Below the pieces are notes generated by a model that was given only the letters and a program-made list of their open reading frames with translations, was not told the DNA's origin and did not search any database. A stretch of 64,000 nucleotides of DNA from Bacilli bacterium. GTDB lineage: Bacteria; Bacillota; Bacilli; Tumebacillales; Tumebacillaceae. Position 1 is the first letter of the stretch, and the number at the start of each line of letters is the position of its first letter. Made by a program: the position numbers and the translations under genes. The stretch is taken from NCBI GenBank assembly GCA_035776695.1, contig DASTWJ010000190.1:9724-73723 (forward strand), written 5' to 3'. Shown here in pieces: positions 30,003 through 38,845 of this stretch.

Positions 30003-31295
30003 TTACACCTCCTTCGGAGCTTGGCATGTGTTGCTGACGATTCTCGCGCCCTTGAGCCGCACCCCGTCACCGCCGATGCGCTCCCAGATGCGCTTGGCGA
30101 CATTCATCGCCCGCTCCGGCTCCAACGTCGGCAAGAGCACGGCGACCGTCCGTTGCTCGCCGTCCCACATCACGAGGTCATAGGCGCGGATGCTCCCCGT
30201 CAACCGCTGGGTGATCAGCTCGGGGAACTCTTCCTCCGAGACGTCTGCGTCCGCCTCCAACTGCGCCTGCAAGATCGAATACGGAATCCCATACCGCTCA
30301 TGCCGCTGATGCTCGATCACACACTGTTGCTCGAAAAACGGCGCCCGCAACACCCGCGAGCGCGGATAGGTCGCCTCTTCGCGAATCGCGTCCTCATAGG
30401 CGGTGGCTCGCTCCAGCGAATCCCCCGCCCACTCGGCAATCACCTTCAGCAACTGCCGCGTGTCGGCCGTCACTTTTTCCAACGGCAGGCGGCGGATGAC
30501 GAGCAGGGCGTAGGTGCGACCTTGGCGCAGCACCGGCACGAGGTAGATCGGCGTCTCCTCGTCCGCTCCCACCTTCGGGAACGCCATCACGCTGTCTTTG
30601 GCAATCGCTTGGGCGAACACCTCATACCGGGCGATCTCCAGCGAATTCGGCCAGACCGCCTCGCCTTTGCGCACCGCCAAGCGCCCCCAGCGCCCGTCGT
30701 CCTCGATGCGGTACAAACTGGCCTGTTCGACTTGCAACAGGTCTTCCAATACGCCCATCAGCTCGAGCAGGATCTTGTCCACCGACAGCACGTTGAGCGA
30801 GCGGGCGATGGCGTACAGACGCGACATCGTCGCCGTCTGCCCGAGCACGCGCCCTTGCAGCTCCAACAACGCCGTCTCCGCTTGGCGCAATCGTTGCCGT
30901 GCTCCTTCCGCCTCCTGTTGTGAAAGATCCGCCTGATCGCGCAACCGCGACACGCGCCGCTCCCACGTCATCCGCATCTCCCCGAACAGATACCCGGCCA
31001 GAAACAAGGTCAACGGCGTCAGGTAGTGGGTCGGGTCGACGATCAGATACTTCCAGAACAGCTCGATCGGATACGGAGTCAAGGAGAGCAACAGCGTCAG
31101 ATAGACCGCCGATGCCAACAGCCCGCTCAGCACCCCGATCAACGTCCCCGCCGTCCACGCGCTATAGATCACGAGGATAAAAAACGGCGAGGGGTTAAGG
31201 CCGAGCAGCGACGACGTCGGAAAAAAGCCGACCAACAGCCCGACCCCGATCACCATCTCCAACACGCCGATCATCCTGCGCCTCCACGAGATCAT
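30003..31295 (-). CDS. pelD: PelD-like c-di-GMP receptor (TM, coiled coil, GAF, degenerate GGDEF)
   Basis: 4 TM, GLNPSPF; RAYD (RxxD I-site) with no GGDEF; AAGGAGG RBS before ATG 31295. Confidence 0.8.
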   Translation of the reverse strand: MISWRRRMIGVLEMVIGVGLLVGFFPTSSLLGLNPSPFFILVIYSAWTAGTLIGVLSGLLASAVYLTLLLSLTPYPIELFWKYLIVDPTHYLTPLTLFLAGYLFGEMRMTWERRVSRLRDQADLSQQEAEGARQRLRQAETALLELQGRVLGQTATMSRLYAIARSLNVLSVDKILLELMGVLEDLLQVEQASLYRIEDDGRWGRLAVRKGEAVWPNSLEIARYEVFAQAIAKDSVMAFPKVGADEETPIYLVPVLRQGRTYALLVIRRLPLEKVTADTRQLLKVIAEWAGDSLERATAYEDAIREEATYPRSRVLRAPFFEQQCVIEHQRHERYGIPYSILQAQLEADADVSEEEFPELITQRLTGSIRAYDLVMWDGEQRTVAVLLPTLEPERAMNVAKRIWERIGGDGVRLKGARIVSNTCQAPKEV

Positions 31296-31320
31296 GCCCG
31301 TCCCTCCTTTCGCCGATGAG

Positions 31321-31350
31321 AAAAACACCCTGCCGTCCGGTCAGGGTGTC
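31321..31350 (-). terminator. Terminator-like hairpin immediately upstream of the pelD RBS
   Basis: GACACCCTG-accggacgg-CAGGGTGTT then T run on minus strand. Confidence 0.65.
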
Positions 31351-31357
31351 GCACTTC

Positions 31358-31564
31358 TTACCACACTTTTTTCCGATCGGACGGCGTGTCCACATCGCGG
31401 CGCACGATCGTGTTCGGCGCGTCCGCATGCTGCCATTCGAAATGCACCCGCGTCTGTTCGCGACGAGCGTCTTCCAGCCCGCGACCGCAACGGATGCAGC
31501 GATCCGCCGTCAACGGGTTTTGTTCATAACAATCAGAGCAGATGATCTTTTGTTCGTTTGCCAT
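31358..31564 (-). CDS. Small zinc-ribbon protein (68 aa)
   Basis: CSDC-x10-CIRCG; ATG 2 nt after the OsmC stop; AGGGGG RBS. Confidence 0.65.
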   Translation of the reverse strand: MANEQKIICSDCYEQNPLTADRCIRCGRGLEDARREQTRVHFEWQHADAPNTIVRRDVDTPSDRKKVW

Positions 31565-31566
31565 GC

Positions 31567-32016
31567 TTATGCTTGTCCCCCTATGACTCCTACTTCGTAC
31601 TGTTCACCGTTCAATTCAAACGTGGTTTTAAACTCCGCATTCAGCGAAGCGGACGCCGAGCAGTACTTGTCCTTGGACAGCACGATGGCGCGCTCCACTT
31701 TCTCCGGCGTCAGGTCCGGGCCTTTGAGGATGTAGTGCATATGTATCGTCGTAAAGCGCTGGGGCATCTCCTCCGCCCGCTCGGCGTTCAGCTCCATCCG
31801 GAACTCCTCCACCGTCATGCGCCCTTTTTCCAAAATCATCGCGATGTCGATGCCGGTGCAACCGCCAAGCCCCATCAAGAGCATCTCCATCGGGCGCGCG
31901 CCGTTGTCCTCACCGCCCGCTTCCGCCTTGGCATCCATCGTCACGCCGTGGCCGGACTGGCCGACGGCGTGGAATTCACGCTTGCCTTTCCAATCGATCC
32001 GAACGTTCATCGTCAT
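31567..32016 (-). CDS. OsmC/YhfA family protein
   Basis: GARPMEMLLMGLGGCTGID, SKDKYCSAS (two conserved Cys). Confidence 0.9.
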   Translation of the reverse strand: MTMNVRIDWKGKREFHAVGQSGHGVTMDAKAEAGGEDNGARPMEMLLMGLGGCTGIDIAMILEKGRMTVEEFRMELNAERAEEMPQRFTTIHMHYILKGPDLTPEKVERAIVLSKDKYCSASASLNAEFKTTFELNGEQYEVGVIGGQA

Positions 32017-32569
32017 CGTTCCGTCCTTTCTCCTTGACCGCCTGCCACTCGCGACGGTCGATCTGCATCATGATCGTAGGCACGCCGTTCTGCTTGAACG
32101 CATACTCCCGGCGCACCCCCGCTTTTTCGTAACAGCGAATCGCCCGTAGGTTGTCCGCCCGCACATACAGCCGCACGATCTGCACCGGCGGCACCTGCGG
32201 GTCGCGTTCCGTGTCCTCTCGAAACGCCTCGTCGATCACCCGTGCGGTGATCAACGTGCCCAACCCGCGCCCTTGCAACGCCTGCGGGCCGATCAGAATC
32301 GAATATTCCGCGACCTCCACATGCGGCGGCTTGCGCACCAACCCGACCCGCCCGATCACCTCGCCGTCGAGCAGGATGGCGTCATAGCGGGCCAGCGGGC
32401 GATGCAGGCGCTTTTGCCAATGCATCATCAGCTCGTCCAACGTATAGGGCGCAAATTCCCGCGTATAGACGATCGCATGCAAGTCGCGGTCGTTGTACCA
32501 AGGAAGCAGCGCAGGCACATCCGCAAGCGTCAGCGGACGCCATGCCCACCGGTTGCACACGCTTTCCAT
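31976..32569 (-). CDS. GNAT (RimJ/RimL-like) acetyltransferase
   Basis: QGRGLGT acetyl-CoA motif, N.RAIRCYEKAG; AAGGAGGTG RBS before ATG 32569. Confidence 0.85.
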   Translation of the reverse strand: MESVCNRWAWRPLTLADVPALLPWYNDRDLHAIVYTREFAPYTLDELMMHWQKRLHRPLARYDAILLDGEVIGRVGLVRKPPHVEVAEYSILIGPQALQGRGLGTLITARVIDEAFREDTERDPQVPPVQIVRLYVRADNLRAIRCYEKAGVRREYAFKQNGVPTIMMQIDRREWQAVKEKGRNDDDERSDRLERQA

Positions 32570-32599
32570 CGCCTCCGCCACCTCCTTCCGCATTTGCTC

Positions 32600-32998
32600 T
32601 TATTTTACAGGAGTTGTCCCCGTTTGTGAACGCTCCTTGAGGATCTCATCCACTAAAAAAAGATCGAGCCCCACGCGCCCTTTGCACCGAAAATGATGGT
32701 TGATCGACCAGACGATCACACTGACCGACAACGTGACGGCCATCAACCACTCCCACCCGTCATGCGGGAAATACTTGTTGAGCTGCGACCCGAAGATCAG
32801 AAACACGATCGGCGTTGTGGAAGCGAGCAGCGGAATGTTGCCGAGCATCTTTTCTCTGCGGGTCAGTTCCGCTTTGATCCACTTCAACTCCTCATCCGAC
32901 TTGCGGCGGTAATAGCGCTCCACCTTGCGGATCAATCCTTCACGCGACTTGTAGTAGGCATCCATCACCCGCGGCCTGGACTCTCGACTGTTCATCAC
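32600..32998 (-). CDS. Hypothetical membrane protein (132 aa, 2 TM)
   Basis: GGAAGGG RBS, two hydrophobic helices. Confidence 0.65.
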   Translation of the reverse strand: MMNSRESRPRVMDAYYKSREGLIRKVERYYRRKSDEELKWIKAELTRREKMLGNIPLLASTTPIVFLIFGSQLNKYFPHDGWEWLMAVTLSVSVIVWSINHHFRCKGRVGLDLFLVDEILKERSQTGTTPVK

Positions 32999-33033
32999 CG
33001 GTCCCTTCCACCCCCTTTCGCTACGTTACTTCC

Positions 33034-33064
33034 TAGTTTTGCCCGCCCTCCCTTTTTCATGTAC
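33034..33064 (-). promoter_or_regulatory. Candidate sigma-F/G-type forespore promoter
   Basis: GTACA-N16-GGCAAAACTA resembles GYATA-N15-GGnrAnAnT. Confidence 0.3.
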
Positions 33065-33087
33065 GGTTGTCGGATCATTGGGCGGTC

Positions 33088-33121
33088 AAAAAAAGACCGT
33101 CTCCCCGAAGGGAAACGGTCT
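33088..33121 (-). terminator. Terminator of the diguanylate cyclase gene
   Basis: AGACCGTTTCCC-ttcg-GGGAGACGGTCT plus T7 on minus strand. Confidence 0.75.
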
Positions 33122-36100
33122 ATTGGCCACCGCCCATCTCCCAGTGGCAGACGATGCGGTTCTTGCCGGTACGCTTCGCAAACGTTTCCGCTTGGTCCGC
33201 TTTTTCGATCAGATCGAGCGGGTCGACCGGCTTGTCCATGTCGACCGACGCGACGCCGATCGAGGCGGTGATCTGGTAGCGATTGCCTTCGATCGGGATG
33301 TTGCGCAGCGATTGCAAGATGCGCTCGGCGACGATCTTCGCCGCATGGCCGTTGGTGTTCGGCAGGATGACGATCATCTCCTCCCCGCCGAAGCGGCCGC
33401 AGATGTCGACGTTGCGCACGGAGCGCATCAACGTCTGCGCCACCGCCCGTAGCACGCGGTCCCCTTCGTTGTGGCCGTAGCGATTGTTGACCAGCGAGAA
33501 ATTGTCGAGGTCGAGCATCAGGAAGGACAGGTCGACCCCGTAGCGGGTACACTTGTTGAACTCCTCCTGCAAGCGCTTCTGGAAGTAGTTGCGCTGGTAG
33601 AGCCCGGTCAGGTTGTCGGTGATCATCACTTCATACATGATCGCGTTCTCCACGTTGGAGGACACCAACTGGGCAAACGAGTTGATGAAGCGCTTGTCCC
33701 GCACGGTGAACGGCGTCTGCAAGCTCAGTTTCTCCAGCACCATCACCGCGATCACCTGCTGGTCATGCGAGAAGACGGGGAGCCCATAGAAGTACGAACC
33801 GCGCCCTTCCTGCTCATACGGCTTCTCCTGGGCGATCACCGTCGAGATCATGTTGTCCACATCCGAGTCGACCGAACTGAGCGCCTGCAACTGCTCGTTC
33901 AGGTGAATCTCCTCCACCCGATCCGGCGAGATGCGGATGTACAGGTGCATCTGGTCGAACAGCAAGTTCTCAAACGCGACGGACGCCACGTTTTCGCAGA
34001 CGGTTTTGACCATGATCGACGAGGAGACGCGACGGATCGCATCGAGCAGGATCTCGTTGTCAGTCAGCGTGTCGACCATCTCCTGCCGCTCAAAGGCGAT
34101 CGTCTGTGCCCATTCTTTCAAGCGGACACCGCCATCGGCGATTTTCATCGAAGCGTCTTCGTCGAGGTGTTCCGTCTCCTGTTGCATCTTGTCGATGATC
34201 GCATCGGCGACGCGCACCATCTCCTGGTTGGTCTGGCGCATCAACTTGTCGATCTCGCCGAGGCGCGTCTGCTGGTTCAGCTTGCGAAAGCCCATCATCG
34301 CCCGCTTGTAGTTCAAGTTGGCGTGGACGAACTGGTGCGTCAGCTGGTACAGGCGACCGAGGTAGAAGTGCGCGCGGGCCAAGTAGCCGACATAGCCTGT
34401 CTTATGAATCAGCTTTTGCAACGATTGCGCCACTTCCAACGCCTCGTGCCAGCGACCCGTATCGAGCAGCCCTTCGATCAGCAACAGGCTGCGCTTGATC
34501 CGAACTTCGGTCGGCGTCTCCTGCTGGTCGTACATCGACATGAACAGGTCGACCACCTTGGACGGATCGCCTTTCGCCAATTGATACTTGGCTCCGAGGA
34601 TCTGACGGTCATTCTCCATCTTGCGGTTGGTGCAAATCCGTTCGACGATCGGCCACATCCGGTCGCATTTGTGCAGTTCCCCTTGCTCGACAAAGCAATT
34701 GAAGCGGTTGAGAAACGCGTAATCGCGCATCTTTTTGCGCCCGGTGCGCTTGGATGCCTTGATCAGCGCATCGATCACCTGATGCGCCTTGGTATAGTCC
34801 TCGATGAACATGAAGTGCTCGATCTCATTTTGCAGAAGCAGCGTGTTGTCGTCCTTAAACACCGCTTCCCCCGTATCCCGCGCTTTGACGATGTACGAAT
34901 AGGAATGGTACATGTCCCCGAGCAGGCGGTAGATCTCGACCAAGTTGATGTACGCGATCGCTTCCTTGCTCTTGTCGCCGAGGTCGGACGCCAACTTGGC
35001 CGATTGCAGGTAATAGTCCTTGGCTTTCAGCGGCTCCGTCTCCTGCAGGCCGATCGCCATGCAGTTGTAAATGCCGACGAGAATCTGACGCAAGTTGTGA
35101 TGCTCCGCCAACGACGCCGCTTCATGCAGGTAGCGGGCCCGCTTTTCCCAACGCACGTTCGGCACGTTGGTGAGCAACACTTGCAAATTGTACAGCCAAG
35201 AGATGTAGTCGCGCACCGGCAACTGACGACGTAGTTCCGCTCCGTTGCGCTCCTGGAACTCCTCCATCACCGAAGTGTACTCGTAATTGCCGTCCACCTC
35301 AATAAAATACATGCCGAGCACGACCATCAGGTAAAGGCGCTGACGGGCACGCAGTTCATTTCCCGACAGTTGGGCTTCGATCAGCGGGACGTACGGCTTG
35401 ATCGAGTGAAAATGCCCCATGTTCACATAGGTCAGGTTCAACGTGGTCAACGAACGCAGCGTGCCGGTGCGTTCATACAATTCCTTGTACGCGCTGGCCG
35501 CTTCCTCCAACGAGCCGAGCATCCGCAAGACGCGGGCCCGGAAGTTCAGCAGCGAATTGGGGCATGGGCGACCGAGGCGGTCGTACAATTCCATCGCCTT
35601 GCGCCCTTGCCATTCGGCGTCCACCAGCAAGTTGCGGATGTAGCAACGCCGAGCGCCCAACAGGTAAAAATAAATCGCTTGCGCCAACTCGTCTCCGCAT
35701 TCGAAATGGTGGGCGATCTCCATATATTCGGTCGTCCCCGTCTCCATCAACCCGTGTGCCAAACGGCGGTGCAGGTCGGCGCGCTCCTCGCCGGAGATCG
35801 ACTCGGCGATGTGGTTTTTCACGTTGTTGGACGGGAAACGGTACAGGTTGTTATTTTGCAGCAGCAAGCCTTGGTCTTCCAACTGCTTCAACAGTTGCAG
35901 AACTTCGGTCAGCGAGTTGACATGAGCCACTTTTGCGATCGCTTCGAAGACAAAAGACCCCTTGAACAAAGCCAGGAGCTGACAAAGTTCCTTCGCCTTA
36001 TCCGGCAACTGTTCCAGTCGATACAGAATCAGCGATTCCAGCGATTCGGGGATGTTCAACTTCTCCACCGACTCCGGCACCATGTGCCAGACATAGCGCA

Positions 36101-37685
36101 ACATGTAGATCTGCTTCGTATCGGACAGGTACTCCAGCAGGTGAAACGCTTTCTCCAGCGAGCCTTGGCTGTGGTGACTGATCCACTGGATGAAATCCGC
36201 GTTCAAAAAGTCGGCATCCCCCAACCGGGAGAGCACCACTTCCCGCAGCTCCTGCGACGACAACGGCTCCAAGTGCAACTGCTCTTGGAACAGGCTCTTC
36301 AACGCCGGCGTCGACTTCTCCGACACGCCGATCAAGCCGAACACCATCGTCTCGCGCTGCAACAGCCGTTTGAAGAAGTTGGATGAGTCGCTGTCGAGCA
36401 GGTGTGCGTCATACAACTCGAACACCATCGGCTCGCCGTACGTCTCGATGACTTCGGTGAAAAAGTCGAACAACAGACCGTCCGGCTCAACCTTGTCCAT
36501 GTCGCCTTCGCGCACGGGGTTCAACAGGTCGCGGTACTCATAACCGATCCGCGGCAGAACGCGGCTGAGCAGGTTGACGTATAATTTGCCGATCTTTTCC
36601 AGCCTCGGCACCGCGAAGCAGAGCTTAAACAGCTTCATCGCGATGTCCTCGACCACCCAATACGAGTAGTCGCGCACCGTGGCCGAGATCGAAGATACGC
36701 TGTGCATGTAGCGCCCCGACACCTCATAGACCAACCGCTTGCGCCCGACGCCGGACATGCCGGTCAACAGCAAGGTGCGACGCTCGCCCTCGACCATCTC
36801 CTCATAGAACTGCGACAGGCGCTTCGTTTCCTCGACCCGTCCGGTGAACTCGGCCGAGAACAACTGTTGCGAGCCGTACGTTCTGCCTTCGATCGGACAG
36901 AGGATGTCGTGGTTGCCGAGCACGCGGCGCAGCTCATCGACCACCTGCCCGATCCATTGGTATCTCGCCGTCGGCTTGCCGTTGATCATCTTCAAGATCA
37001 AACGGTCGAGCTGTGGCGGGATATGCTCGTTAAACTGAGACGGAGGATGCAGCGTCTCCGCTTCATCGCCAAACGGGAATGAACCGGTCAGAACCAGATA
37101 AAGCAACACGCCGAGGTTGTAGATGTCCGTTCGCGCATCGAGCGGACTCATCGTCATCGTCTCCGGCGCGAAGAAATGGATCTCCTGCCCGCTGCCGCAC
37201 GCGTTGTACACAGACAGCGGCGAATCGGTGAACATCGTCAACAAGCGCACTTCCCCGCAAGGCAGCACCCAGATAAACTCCGGCACCAAGCCGCCATGCC
37301 ACAAGGTGTCTTCGTGCAAAGTAGCCACCGCATGGCAGACGTCCTTCAACACTTCCAACACAAGCGTCAACGGCTTGCCTTTTATATACTGCAACAAAGG
37401 CAATGCGCCTTCCATCGCTTCATAAACGATGTACGTCCCATCGGTCGACGGATACACGTCAAGCACGGGCATCATCGGGGTCGCATTTTGAAACAGGCGG
37501 GTCCGCAACACGATCTGCTCATGGCCGATAAACGACAGTACATGTGGCGGGATGCGCTGCAACAGCACCCGGCGCTCCGCTTCTTCGTCATAGCCGGAGA
37601 AACAGTCGCCAAAATAAGGGCTGCCCATCTGCGGCTCCCCTACGCGATATCGGGTTTCTACCAGCGTGCTTTTTGCTTCCGTCAT
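33120..37685 (-). CDS. Large diguanylate cyclase: pseudokinase, degenerate AAA/STAND NTPase, TPR, GAF, GGDEF
   Basis: APE and DIYNLG kinase motifs but HGG/MFT instead of HRD/DFG; GMSGVGRK Walker-A-like; DNLTGLYQR, DLDNFS..N..YGH..GD, RNVD I-site, RFGGEEM. Confidence 0.9.
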   Translation of the reverse strand: MTEAKSTLVETRYRVGEPQMGSPYFGDCFSGYDEEAERRVLLQRIPPHVLSFIGHEQIVLRTRLFQNATPMMPVLDVYPSTDGTYIVYEAMEGALPLLQYIKGKPLTLVLEVLKDVCHAVATLHEDTLWHGGLVPEFIWVLPCGEVRLLTMFTDSPLSVYNACGSGQEIHFFAPETMTMSPLDARTDIYNLGVLLYLVLTGSFPFGDEAETLHPPSQFNEHIPPQLDRLILKMINGKPTARYQWIGQVVDELRRVLGNHDILCPIEGRTYGSQQLFSAEFTGRVEETKRLSQFYEEMVEGERRTLLLTGMSGVGRKRLVYEVSGRYMHSVSSISATVRDYSYWVVEDIAMKLFKLCFAVPRLEKIGKLYVNLLSRVLPRIGYEYRDLLNPVREGDMDKVEPDGLLFDFFTEVIETYGEPMVFELYDAHLLDSDSSNFFKRLLQRETMVFGLIGVSEKSTPALKSLFQEQLHLEPLSSQELREVVLSRLGDADFLNADFIQWISHHSQGSLEKAFHLLEYLSDTKQIYMLRYVWHMVPESVEKLNIPESLESLILYRLEQLPDKAKELCQLLALFKGSFVFEAIAKVAHVNSLTEVLQLLKQLEDQGLLLQNNNLYRFPSNNVKNHIAESISGEERADLHRRLAHGLMETGTTEYMEIAHHFECGDELAQAIYFYLLGARRCYIRNLLVDAEWQGRKAMELYDRLGRPCPNSLLNFRARVLRMLGSLEEAASAYKELYERTGTLRSLTTLNLTYVNMGHFHSIKPYVPLIEAQLSGNELRARQRLYLMVVLGMYFIEVDGNYEYTSVMEEFQERNGAELRRQLPVRDYISWLYNLQVLLTNVPNVRWEKRARYLHEAASLAEHHNLRQILVGIYNCMAIGLQETEPLKAKDYYLQSAKLASDLGDKSKEAIAYINLVEIYRLLGDMYHSYSYIVKARDTGEAVFKDDNTLLLQNEIEHFMFIEDYTKAHQVIDALIKASKRTGRKKMRDYAFLNRFNCFVEQGELHKCDRMWPIVERICTNRKMENDRQILGAKYQLAKGDPSKVVDLFMSMYDQQETPTEVRIKRSLLLIEGLLDTGRWHEALEVAQSLQKLIHKTGYVGYLARAHFYLGRLYQLTHQFVHANLNYKRAMMGFRKLNQQTRLGEIDKLMRQTNQEMVRVADAIIDKMQQETEHLDEDASMKIADGGVRLKEWAQTIAFERQEMVDTLTDNEILLDAIRRVSSSIMVKTVCENVASVAFENLLFDQMHLYIRISPDRVEEIHLNEQLQALSSVDSDVDNMISTVIAQEKPYEQEGRGSYFYGLPVFSHDQQVIAVMVLEKLSLQTPFTVRDKRFINSFAQLVSSNVENAIMYEVMITDNLTGLYQRNYFQKRLQEEFNKCTRYGVDLSFLMLDLDNFSLVNNRYGHNEGDRVLRAVAQTLMRSVRNVDICGRFGGEEMIVILPNTNGHAAKIVAERILQSLRNIPIEGNRYQITASIGVASVDMDKPVDPLDLIEKADQAETFAKRTGKNRIVCHWEMGGGQ

Positions 37686-37987
37686 GAAACCTCACATCCA
37701 TTCATCCGAAACAGATTCTCCTAGCTAAATCTTAACACAAAAATAAATAAAAGTCATATACCTAATATTGAAGTTTATAAGGATAGTCGCTAGAAAAAGC
37801 TATTCTCAGATAATAACATACAACAGCCCGCCACTCGCTGTTAAGGTCAAAAAAGGGGGAAAACGGAATCTCTGCCGCAGCGTTGCGTAAAATGTACGAT
37901 TTTGGACACAAGTTACCAAAAAATCAAGAGTACGGTTTTTCAAAGTAACATGGTACAATGGTTGGGTAGAGAAAGGGGTGTAATCGA

Positions 37988-38323
37988 GTGAGCTTCAAAG
38001 GTGTAGCTATTGTACTCTTCCTTTTCCTGTTGGGCGTAGCTTTTAGTGGTTTTGCTTCTTACCAAAGCACGTTGACCCACGAGGAAATCGCGAAACCGGT
38101 TGACGCAGAGAAACTGGTTAAACAGAACTGCACATCCTGCCACGGCAAGGATCTGAAGGGCGATGTAGGTCCGAACCTGCACGAGCGCGGTCAGTTGTTG
38201 TCTGAGGAAGCGATCGCCGCGATCATCAAGGACGGCGTAAACGGCAAGATGCCGGGCGACCTGATCAAAGGTGACGAAGCCGTTGCGGAAGTCGCAAAAT
38301 ACATCACTTCTCTCGAGAAGTAA
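37988..38323 (+). CDS. cccA: Membrane-anchored cytochrome c550
   Basis: N-terminal TM, CTSCHG heme motif, GPNL, MPG axial Met. Confidence 0.85.
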   Translation: MSFKGVAIVLFLFLLGVAFSGFASYQSTLTHEEIAKPVDAEKLVKQNCTSCHGKDLKGDVGPNLHERGQLLSEEAIAAIIKDGVNGKMPGDLIKGDEAVAEVAKYITSLEK

Positions 38324-38347
38324 TAGCACGTATAGCGCGTGAAACGG

Positions 38348-38383
38348 AAAAGACAGGTGCCGCAGCTGAGCACCTGTCTTTTT
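38348..38383 (+). terminator. cccA terminator
   Basis: AAAGACAGGTGC/GCACCTGTCTTT plus T run. Confidence 0.75.
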
Positions 38384-38420
38384 GATTTTCTTCCCTCTCT
38401 GATCCGATCCCCCCATGTGA

Positions 38421-38453
38421 AAAGGGACTGTCCTCTCAACGGACAGTCCCTTT
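38421..38453 (-). terminator. Perfect 12-bp hairpin with U tract on minus strand
   Basis: AAGGGACTGTCC-N7-GGACAGTCCCTT. Confidence 0.6.
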
Positions 38454-38778
38454 CACGCAATACGACTTGCGCTCTTGCTGACGATGTATAGTGGCAGATT
38501 GAAGAGCTGCATCGGGTGTTTCCTCAAACTCTATATTTAGAGTGCCTCCCAAATGCCCCCGTTTTTATATGTGTTCGCTGGGGGTTTCTCTCTCTTTGGA
38601 GTGACTATAAAAAACCAACGCCGTGTTGTGATTGATTTTTTAATCATCTCCGTTCTCTCTAACAATATTCTAGTCCGAATAGACGGAAAAGTAAAGAGGG
38701 AAATCGCTATTCCTTCAAAATTTGTTCAGCTTTAAATTATGCGACATAAATCGCGCCCGTTCGACAGCGCACAACAAC

Positions 38779-38810
38779 AAAAACCCTCTCCTGCTGTCGA
38801 AGGAAAGGGT
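38779..38810 (-). terminator. cheR terminator
   Basis: ACCCTTTCCT/AGGAGAGGGT plus TTTT on minus strand. Confidence 0.6.
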
Positions 38811-38845
38811 TGATTCATAGGACAAAGCGGTACTCACGTATCTTT

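Noticed and set aside
31358-31564. Zinc-binding small protein as anti-TRAP (rtpA)
   Set aside because: Spacing and context (C..C..N...A..C..CG..L) fit a generic zinc ribbon; it lacks the AT CPxC..G..PCPxCxGKG pattern and has no T-box leader
31296-33119. c-di-GMP riboswitch upstream of pel or the DGC
   Set aside because: No GG(Y)AAAC..GAAA..GACGCAAAGC-type core seen by eye; an Infernal/Rfam scan would be decisive
37900-37921. TTTTGG-N10-CCAAAA inverted repeat between the DGC and cccA promoters
   Set aside because: Short palindrome in an AT-rich spacer, matching no regulator I can name
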